IMG/VR virus record: IMGVR_UViG_3300048851_000125
Span: 1 to 24,985 of that record
DNA length: 24,985 nt
From: a virus
Lineage: Duplodnaviria > Caudoviricetes
Direction: 5' to 3' (one strand)
A model generated the notes under the pieces. It was not told the origin of the DNA, made no database searches, and saw only the letters and a program-made list of their open reading frames with translations. Shown piece by piece: positions 1 through 6,283 of this stretch (position 1 is the first letter of the stretch; each line of letters begins with the position of its first letter). The position numbers and the translations under genes were made by a program.

Positions 1-117
1 GAAACGAAGGCCGACCTGACCAAGCAGCAGGATCAGGGCCTCTTCTACAAGGGCGACCCCTTCACGGCGACCCAAGCCGCCGGCGGCCAGACCGCCCCCG
101 CACAAGGAAACAGCTGA
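1..117 (+). CDS. Portal protein, C-terminal end (partial)
   Basis: Frame 1 is open from the window start (ETKADLTKQQDQGLFYKGDPF...QGNS*). TGA 115-117 overlaps the ATG of the protease gene. Product inferred from position only. Confidence 0.55.
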   Translation, partial: ETKADLTKQQDQGLFYKGDPFTATQAAGGQTAPAQGNS

Positions 118-836
118 TGCCCGATCCCGCACCCGCGCTGGAAACGCGCGCTGTGAGCGCACCCACCATGCTTCGCGCCGCGGACGTTCGCCCGGCGTCC
201 TACCAGGAAGCCGACAACTCGATTGAGGTCGTTTGGTCGATCGGCGCAGCCGGCCTGCGCTTCGATTGGCTCGACGGCGGCTATTACACCGAAGAGCTGA
301 GCATGGACCCCGGTGCCATCCGCCTCGGTCGCCTAAACGCGGGCGCCTGCCTGCTCGACAGCCACAGCACGTACAGCCTGAGCAGCGTACTGGGCTCGGT
401 CGTCCCTGGCAGCGTCCGTATCGAGAACGGCGAGGGTCTCTGTCGCGTCCGGCTCGCACGCACCCCGGACGTCGCCGACACTGTGGCCAAGATCATCGAT
501 GGCCACATCCGCTCCCTGAGCGTGTCCTACAACGTGTTCGAGTTTCAGCGCACCGAGCGTGAGGGTGAATATCCCCACATGCTGGCGACGGACTGGGAGC
601 CAGTCGAGCTCTCGTTCGTCACGGTGCCATTCGATGCCGCGGCGCAAGTGCGCCAGCGGAGTGCCGCGCAGGGCGGCGATCACCCCTGCACCATCCGCGG
701 CGCCGCCGCTCCCAATACGGAGAATGAAATGCCCGATCCCGGATCGCGCCGGCGGCTGATCCCGCGCCGGTCGTCCAGCCCGCCGCCGATCCGGCGCCGG
801 CACCCGTCATCGAAAACCGCGCCGCGCCGACGGTGA
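117..836 (+). CDS. Prohead maturation protease (HK97/U35-like); last ~32 codons probably out of frame
   Basis: Motifs LLDSH (His), IRSLSVSY (Ser) and DWEPVELSFVTVPFDAAAQVR. After MPDP (729-740) the frame becomes an Arg-rich, out-of-frame-looking tail. Confidence 0.85.
   Translation: MPDPAPALETRAVSAPTMLRAADVRPASYQEADNSIEVVWSIGAAGLRFDWLDGGYYTEELSMDPGAIRLGRLNAGACLLDSHSTYSLSSVLGSVVPGSVRIENGEGLCRVRLARTPDVADTVAKIIDGHIRSLSVSYNVFEFQRTEREGEYPHMLATDWEPVELSFVTVPFDAAAQVRQRSAAQGGDHPCTIRGAAAPNTENEMPDPGSRRRLIPRRSSSPPPIRRRHPSSKTAPRRR
719..731 (+). promoter_or_regulatory. Internal ribosome-binding site and start (GGAGA, 5 nt, ATG 729) for a capsid/scaffold-only product
   Basis: GGAGA at 719-723 and ATG at 729. 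ATGCCCGATCCCG is identical to the start of the gene at 117. Confidence 0.5.
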
Positions 837-2098
837 CCGCCACCGTCATCTATGAGCGGTGCGGTCGCTCGGCCGATCTCGGCGACACCTTCGCGCGTGA
901 ACTGATCGTTCGCAACGAAGCCACGCCGCTGACCGCGATCGACTTCGAACGCGCGATCTCGGAGCGTCTCATCGATGCCCGCACCCTGCCGACGATCGAT
1001 GCCCGCGCCGGCCGCAGCGGCACCGAGAACGACGGCTATCGCCGGGCCATCGAAGCCGCAGTCATCCTGCGCGCCGATCCGAACGCGACCGTTCCGGAGG
1101 CGGATGCCACGGCAGCCCGCGAGTTCCGCGGCATGACCATGATGGAAATGGCGCGTGATTACTGCATGCGCACCGGCATCGGCGTGTTCGGCGGCAACAA
1201 GCTCGAGATCGCAGGCGCCGCCCTCGGTCTGCGCTACGGAGCGCACACGACGAGCGACTTCGCGAATGCGTTGTCGAACGCCGCGGGCAAGCGCGTCCGC
1301 GCGGCGTACGAGTCGGCTCCGCAGACCTTCGGGCCGATCGTCTCGCGCGGCACCCTGCCGGACTTCAAGGACACCAACATCATCGGCCTGGGCGACGCGC
1401 CTTCGCTGCTCCTGGTCCGTGAGAACGCCGAGTTCACCTACGGCGCAATGTCCGACACCGGCATGAGCTATCGCCTGCAGACCTATGGTCGCATCATCGC
1501 GATCACCCGCCAGGCGCTGATCAACGACGACAAGCGTCTGTTCTCCCGCATCCCGACGCAGTTCGGGTTCAAGGCGCGCGACCTCGAGAGCGATCTCGTG
1601 TGGGGTCTGGTGATCAGCAACCCGACGATGGGTGACGGCTTCGCGCTGTTCTCGCCGCAGCACGGCAACCTCGGCACCGGTGCCGCGATCACCGTGGCAT
1701 CGGTCACCGCGGGCCGGACTGCCATGGCCCAGCAGAAGTCGGCCGAGGGCGGCTTCATCACCGTCCGCCCGACGTTCCTGATCGTGGGCCCTGCCAAACA
1801 GACGGAGGCCGAGCAGTTCCTCACCACCGTCACCGCCCAGCAGACGTCGAACGTCAACCCGTTCGCGGGCAAGCTGCAGCTGATCGTCGAGCCGCGCATC
1901 ACCGACAACAGCTGGTATCTGATCGCCGATCCCAGCTCGATCGACACGATCGAATTGTCGCACCTCGAGGGTCAGGAAGGCGTCTTCATCGAGACGCAGG
2001 CGGGCTTCGACGTGGATGGCATCAAGACGAAGGCTCGTCTCGACGTCGGTGCGGCGACGCTCGACTTCCGCGGTTTCTACCGCAACCCCGGCAACTGA
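833..2098 (+). CDS. Major capsid protein (Mu gpT-like HK97 fold, normally fused to the protease); frame open from 728
   Basis: Motifs AHTTSDFANAL, PDFK, TYGRIIAITRQALINDD and GFDVDGIKTKARLDVGAATLDFRGFYRNPG. The Pro/Ala linker IAPAADPAPVVQPAADPAPAPVIENR is in this frame from 743. Confidence 0.9.
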   Translation: MTATVIYERCGRSADLGDTFARELIVRNEATPLTAIDFERAISERLIDARTLPTIDARAGRSGTENDGYRRAIEAAVILRADPNATVPEADATAAREFRGMTMMEMARDYCMRTGIGVFGGNKLEIAGAALGLRYGAHTTSDFANALSNAAGKRVRAAYESAPQTFGPIVSRGTLPDFKDTNIIGLGDAPSLLLVRENAEFTYGAMSDTGMSYRLQTYGRIIAITRQALINDDKRLFSRIPTQFGFKARDLESDLVWGLVISNPTMGDGFALFSPQHGNLGTGAAITVASVTAGRTAMAQQKSAEGGFITVRPTFLIVGPAKQTEAEQFLTTVTAQQTSNVNPFAGKLQLIVEPRITDNSWYLIADPSSIDTIELSHLEGQEGVFIETQAGFDVDGIKTKARLDVGAATLDFRGFYRNPGN

Positions 2099-2119
2099 GC
2101 CGAACCGAAAGGATAGACG

Positions 2120-2413
2120 ATGAAGATCGTGAACCTGATCGGCCCGGCCGTAATCGCCGGCGCCGTGCGCTACCCCGTTGAAGGGCCGCTGACCGTCTCG
2201 GACGCCGAGGCCGACCAGCTGAAGGACTCGGGTCGCCTTGATGGCGCTCCCGAGGACCTTCCGACCGAGGGCGACGACGCCGAGGACGACGGGCTCGACG
2301 CCCTGAAGGCCGAGGAGCTCAAATCCCTCGCGACGGACGAGGGAATCAACCTCGGCAGTGCCAATACCAAGCCCGCGATGGTCGCGGCGATCCGCGCGGC
2401 GCGCGCGGCCTGA
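2120..2413 (+). CDS. Small head-associated protein with C-terminal helix-extension-helix (HeH/SAP/Rho-N-like) domain; paralog of 2885-3142
   Basis: RBS AAAGGA upstream. C-terminus LDALKAEELKSLATDEGINLGSANTKPAMVAAI. Directly follows the capsid gene. Confidence 0.7.
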   Translation: MKIVNLIGPAVIAGAVRYPVEGPLTVSDAEADQLKDSGRLDGAPEDLPTEGDDAEDDGLDALKAEELKSLATDEGINLGSANTKPAMVAAIRAARAA

Positions 2414-2421
2414 ACCCAACG

Positions 2422-2450
2422 GTCCCGGCTCGGCGATGCTGAGCCCGGAC
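2422..2450 (+). other. Intergenic GC-rich stem-loop
   Basis: GTCCCGGCTCGGC-GAT-GCTGAGCCCGGAC, one mismatch and one G:U, no U-tract. Confidence 0.45.
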
Positions 2451-2463
2451 AGGGAGACACAGC

Positions 2464-2796
2464 ATGAAAAACTATGTGCAGAAGGGTGAGAACCTCACCC
2501 TCACCGCCCCGCGCGCGCTTCTCAGCGGCGAGGGTTTTCTCGTCGGCGCTATCTTCGCGGTGGCTTCGGCGGCTGCGGCATCCGGCGCTCCGGTCGTCGG
2601 CGTGACCGAGGAGGTTTTCGACCTGCCGAAGGCGGCTGGTGCGGTCACCGCGGGCGCCAAGGCATACTGGGATAACACCGCGTTCGTCGTGACCACCAGT
2701 GCAAGCGGCACGGTGCTGATCGGCGCGTTCACCCAGGCAGCTGCCTCGGCGGATGCGACGGGACGCGTGAAGCTCACCGGTCAGATCGCCGCCTAA
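2464..2796 (+). CDS. DUF2190 family capsid decoration/cement protein
   Basis: Typical start MKNYVQKGENLTLTAP, then VFDLPKA...GAKAYWDNT...VLIG...VKL. RBS GGGAG. Confidence 0.85.
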   Translation: MKNYVQKGENLTLTAPRALLSGEGFLVGAIFAVASAAAASGAPVVGVTEEVFDLPKAAGAVTAGAKAYWDNTAFVVTTSASGTVLIGAFTQAAASADATGRVKLTGQIAA

Positions 2797-2798
2797 CC

Positions 2799-2865
2799 CA
2801 CCGGGGTTCCCTCCCCCTTTACCCGGTGAAAACTGACGGGCGGCGTGCGCGACACGTCGCCCGTC
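2799..2865 (+). other. Two tandem stem-loops after the decoration gene (possible terminator or mRNA stability element)
   Basis: CACCGGG(2799-2805)/CCCGGTG(2822-2828), and the 13-bp stem GACGGGCGGCGTG-CGCGA-CACGTCGCCCGTC (2835-2865) followed by CATTGTT. Confidence 0.5.
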
Positions 2866-2884
2866 CATTGTTCGGAGACGGCGA

Positions 2885-3142
2885 ATGAAGAAGATCGTGC
2901 TGATCGGCGCCGCGCCAGTCGCCGGGAAGATCCGGTATCCGAGCGAGGGCCCGATCGACGCCTCCCCGGACGAAGCCGCTGACCTGATCAAGGTTGGCCT
3001 CGCCAAGGCTGACGATGTCGATGCGCTGAAGATCGACGAGTTGCGCACGGTCGCTTCGGCGGAGGGTGTCGAGATCGGACCCGCAGCCATCAAGGCCGAC
3101 CTCGCCGACGCTATCCGCGATCGCCGGCAGAACAAGGCCTGA
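2885..3142 (+). CDS. Small HeH-like head-associated protein; paralog of 2120-2413
   Basis: RBS GGAGA. Shares LIG-A--AG--RYP-EGP and DALK--EL---A--EG with 2120-2413. Confidence 0.7.
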   Translation: MKKIVLIGAAPVAGKIRYPSEGPIDASPDEAADLIKVGLAKADDVDALKIDELRTVASAEGVEIGPAAIKADLADAIRDRRQNKA

Positions 3143-3144
3143 TC

Positions 3145-3462
3145 ATGGACCCGTTCGCGATGGCGCTGGACGTGCTGTTCTATGCGCCAGGATCGGACGA
3201 GGCGTTCTACACCCCGAAGGGTGGCGCAGAGCGAGCCGAACCCATCCGGGTCATCCGCGGGCAACCCGACAGGGCCGTCGGCTTCGCCGGCCAGCAGGTC
3301 ATCGAGGGCACCAACGTCTTCGAGATCCGCAAATCCGATGTCGCCGTGCCAGCGCGGGGCGACGTCGTCCGGATAGGCGGAAATCGCTTCAAGCTGCTCG
3401 GCGAGGCGATGGACGACGTCGAAGGGCTCTCGTCCACCATCGGCGGAAGCCCCGTCGCGTGA
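3145..3462 (+). CDS. Head-tail joining/closure protein (lambda gpFII-like)
   Basis: 105 aa, beta-rich, MDPFAMALDVLF...FEIRKSDVAVPARGDVVRIGG. Position after head genes. Confidence 0.7.
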   Translation: MDPFAMALDVLFYAPGSDEAFYTPKGGAERAEPIRVIRGQPDRAVGFAGQQVIEGTNVFEIRKSDVAVPARGDVVRIGGNRFKLLGEAMDDVEGLSSTIGGSPVA

Positions 3463-4106
3463 AGGTCAGCGTCGGCGTGTCCGACATGCAGGCGCTGATG
3501 GACGGGATCGAGGGCGACCTTGCCGAGGCGGCCTCCCTCGCCATGCGAGACACGACATACAAGGCGCTGCTCGAGCTGCGGGAGCAAGTCACCAGCGCAG
3601 GAATGGGTCAGCGCCTGGCGAATACGTGGCGCGACCGCGTGTTCCCTGAGCGTCGCCGCAGTATGACCCCGAGCGGATACATCTGGTCGAACGCGCCCGA
3701 CATCATCGACGCCTTTTCGCGCGGCGCGCAGATCGTGCCGCTCGCCGGCCGGCGGTTCCTCGCCATTCCGACCAAGAACGTTCCCAATGCGCGCGGCCGG
3801 CGCGGGTCGAGCAACAAGATGACGCCCGAGCAGGTCGAGAACGCGTTCAATCAGGACCTGTTCTTCAAGCGAGGCCGGTCCGGCCGGGTGCTCGCCTTCA
3901 TCAACGCCGTCGGCGCACGCAACGGGCGCGGTTTTCGCCGCGCGACCAAGGGCCGGATCGCGCAAGGGCGCGACCCAAAACCGGTTCTGATGTTCGTCAT
4001 GGTCCCGAGCGTGCGACTGCCGAAGGTCCTTGACCTCGACGCCGTCGCGCAGCGCTGGGCGGCCAACTTCGAGGCCCGTTTCGTCGCGCAACTGGGGATG
4101 AAATGA
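3459..4106 (+). CDS. Tail completion/neck protein (DUF6441 / gpZ-like)
   Basis: GTG 3459 overlaps the upstream TGA (the track start at 3066 is too far upstream). Motifs LREQVTSAGMGQRLANTWR, WSNAPDIIDAFSRGAQI, FLAIPT and MFVMVPSVRLPKVLDL. Confidence 0.75.
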   Translation: MKVSVGVSDMQALMDGIEGDLAEAASLAMRDTTYKALLELREQVTSAGMGQRLANTWRDRVFPERRRSMTPSGYIWSNAPDIIDAFSRGAQIVPLAGRRFLAIPTKNVPNARGRRGSSNKMTPEQVENAFNQDLFFKRGRSGRVLAFINAVGARNGRGFRRATKGRIAQGRDPKPVLMFVMVPSVRLPKVLDLDAVAQRWAANFEARFVAQLGMK

Positions 4107-4543
4107 GCAAGAAGCTGGACATCCTCAAGGCCCTGAAGCTGCGCACTGCTGTCGCAGTGCCTCTCGCCGAGGTCGTTGGCCTAGATGGCGAAGAAGCGGC
4201 ACCGTCTCGCGTGCCAGCGGGCGGCAGGATCGTCATTCGCACCGGTGAGCCAGGCGAGCCCGAAATCGATCTCAGCCCCCTCGCCTATAACTGGTCCCAT
4301 CGCATTCCGATCGAGTTTACCGCGGCCGAGACAGCGGAACTCACCAGCGAAGAAGCGCTAGACGCGATGCTGGTGAGGTTCGGCAACGCCATTGCCGCCG
4401 ATCGCAGCCTTGGCGGCCTGTGTGAATGGATCAGCATCACCGCCCCCGGCAGCGAAGACATCTACACCGAGGGCGCAGCGCCGCCCCGCGGAGCGGAGCT
4501 CGTGCTCACCGTCAATTACGTCACCAATTCCGAACTGTCCTGA
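4103..4543 (+). CDS. Tail terminator protein (gpU-like)
   Basis: GEPGEPEIDLSPLAYNWSHRIPIE and AIAADRSLGGLCEW. Lies immediately before the tail tube gene. Confidence 0.7.
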   Translation: MSKKLDILKALKLRTAVAVPLAEVVGLDGEEAAPSRVPAGGRIVIRTGEPGEPEIDLSPLAYNWSHRIPIEFTAAETAELTSEEALDAMLVRFGNAIAADRSLGGLCEWISITAPGSEDIYTEGAAPPRGAELVLTVNYVTNSELS

Positions 4544-4555
4544 AGGAGAAGCCGA

Positions 4556-5527
4556 ATGGCCGTCGCCCCCACCCGCGCCCGCGGCTCGAACGCCAAGGTC
4601 GTTGCCGCATTCGAAGACACGCCCGGCGTCGTGCCCAGCGACACCGCCGCGTGGTTCAACGTGCCGCTGGTCAGTCATTCGCTCGGTGAAGAGCGCCCGC
4701 TGATCGAAAGCGACCTGCTCGGGATGGGCCGCGAGATGCAGGACCCGACGCCCGACGTAGCGACGAACGACGGTGACATCGTGGTGCCGGTCGACGTCCG
4801 CAACTTCGGGCGCTGGCTTCGCCTTTTCTTCGGCGACCCGACCGTGGCCGGTTCCGCGGGCGCATACACGCACGTCTTCAAGTCCGGCGCTACCGTGCTG
4901 CCCTCGATGTCGATCGAGATCGGCGCCCCGGAGGTGCCGGCGTTCTCCGTGAACCGCGGCGCGCGCGGCAACCAGCTCCGGATCTCGCAGTCGCGCTCCG
5001 GGCTGCTCAACGCGACCTGCAGCCTGATCTGCATCGGCGAGACCACGCCGGCCAACGCGACTGTCGGTGCTGAAGATCCGGCGTCGCTGGCGACAACCCG
5101 CTTCCCGCAGGCCGTCGGCTTCGTCCGCAAGGACGGGCAGCTTCTCGGTAGCGTCGTGGGCGCCGACTTCACCTTCAGCAACAACCTGGAGAAGGTCGAG
5201 ACGATCCAGCCGGACGGCCGTATCGAGGACAGCGACCCGGGCATGGCGCAGATGACCGGATCGGTGAATGTGCGCTTCAAGGACCGGGTGCTGCTCGATG
5301 CGGCAACGGCATCGCCGCCCACGCCCATGGAACTGTCATTCGGCTGGTCCTATGGCGCGTACAGCCTGATCTTCCTCGTCGGCCGCGTGTTCATGCCGCA
5401 GGCAAAGAAGCCGGTGACCGGTCCCAACGGGATCATGCAGCAGTTCAACTGGCAGTCGTCGAAGGCCTCGTCAGGCAATTCGGTCGTGGTCACGCTGATC
5501 AACGACGTCCCGTCGTACACCGCCTGA
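4556..5527 (+). CDS. Major tail tube protein
   Basis: RBS AAGGAG. Motifs RARGSNA...FEDTPG, SLGEERPLIESDLLGMGRE, YTHVFKSG, FTFSNNLEKVETI and VTLIND. Confidence 0.85.
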   Translation: MAVAPTRARGSNAKVVAAFEDTPGVVPSDTAAWFNVPLVSHSLGEERPLIESDLLGMGREMQDPTPDVATNDGDIVVPVDVRNFGRWLRLFFGDPTVAGSAGAYTHVFKSGATVLPSMSIEIGAPEVPAFSVNRGARGNQLRISQSRSGLLNATCSLICIGETTPANATVGAEDPASLATTRFPQAVGFVRKDGQLLGSVVGADFTFSNNLEKVETIQPDGRIEDSDPGMAQMTGSVNVRFKDRVLLDAATASPPTPMELSFGWSYGAYSLIFLVGRVFMPQAKKPVTGPNGIMQQFNWQSSKASSGNSVVVTLINDVPSYTA

Positions 5528-6087
5528 TGCTGGTCGTCCGCAAGCCGAAGGGGGACGCATGGACCCCCGTGATGGGCGCCGAGGTGCTGTTCGCGCCGAT
5601 CGACCGCCCGATGCTCATGCGCGCCCGGCGCGCGGCGCGGGCGGTGTCGGCGGCCGAGGCAGACGATGACGGCACCTCGGCAATCGACATGCTCGAGGAG
5701 ATGGGCGACGCAATGAGCCGGGCGCTGATCGTCGAGGGTGTGCGTGACTGGCGTGGCGTCTGCCTGATGGCGGACGATGCGGACTCAGGCGTCGGTGAGG
5801 ATCTCCCGTTCTCCGCTGAGAGCCTGGCGATGGCTCTCGCGGATCCGGTGACGTTCGAAGCGTTCGATGCCGCCTATGTCGTGCCATTCGTCACGGCGGA
5901 GCGCGAGCGGGCAGAGCCGGGAAACGCCTTCGCCGCCTCTCAGAATGGCACTGGGGCGGCGGCGACGCCGGACAGCGATATTGCCAGCAAGCCTGCACGG
6001 CCGACACGGGGCGTCGGTGCGACGAGTGCCCGTACGTCGCCAACGAACCGCAAACCGAGGCGGAAGAAGGCGTCTGGCGCGTCCTGA
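5527..6087 (+). CDS. Tail assembly chaperone gpG-like
   Basis: Between tail tube and tape measure genes. VRDWRGV...LPFSAE motif. Contains an in-frame slippery heptamer. Confidence 0.75.
   Translation: MLVVRKPKGDAWTPVMGAEVLFAPIDRPMLMRARRAARAVSAAEADDDGTSAIDMLEEMGDAMSRALIVEGVRDWRGVCLMADDADSGVGEDLPFSAESLAMALADPVTFEAFDAAYVVPFVTAERERAEPGNAFAASQNGTGAAATPDSDIASKPARPTRGVGATSARTSPTNRKPRRKKASGAS
5919..5925 (+). promoter_or_regulatory. -1 programmed ribosomal frameshift site G GGA AAC
   Basis: X-XXY-YYZ heptamer in the correct phase (CCG GGA AAC). The -1 frame stays open to TAG 6273-6275. Confidence 0.8.
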
Positions 6088-6275
6088 CGTCGTGTGACCG
6101 GCAGCTTCGCGCTGGCGGCACCGGTGTTCCATTCGGGCTCGATTTCGGCGCCATCATGAGTGTCGGCAGCGCACTGGGCGTCGATCTCGCCCTTCTTGCC
6201 GATGTGATGCCGTCCGTCGAGCCGGTCATCGTCGACAACCTGTCGGGCCAAGAGCCCGACGATTTCACCGAATAG
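5919..6275 (+). CDS. gpT-like C-terminal part of the frameshifted gpGT chaperone (absent from ORF track)
   Basis: The -1 frame reads GKRLRRLSEWHWGGGDAGQRYCQQAC...CDECPYVANEPQTEAEEGVWRVLTSCDRQLR...PFGLDFGAIM...EPDDFTE*. It ends at the tape measure RBS (AGGAGG). Confidence 0.8.
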   Translation, partial: GKRLRRLSEWHWGGGDAGQRYCQQACTADTGRRCDECPYVANEPQTEAEEGVWRVLTSCDRQLRAGGTGVPFGLDFGAIMSVGSALGVDLALLADVMPSVEPVIVDNLSGQEPDDFTE

Positions 6276-6283
6276 GAGGTCCG

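Noticed and set aside
680-2419. 579-aa minus-strand ORF, and similar long antisense ORFs (2170-3264, 7190-8365, 9880-11106, 11620-12867, 16601-17812)
   Set aside because: Shadow frames of GC-rich, codon-biased genes on the + strand, with no recognisable motifs or RBS.
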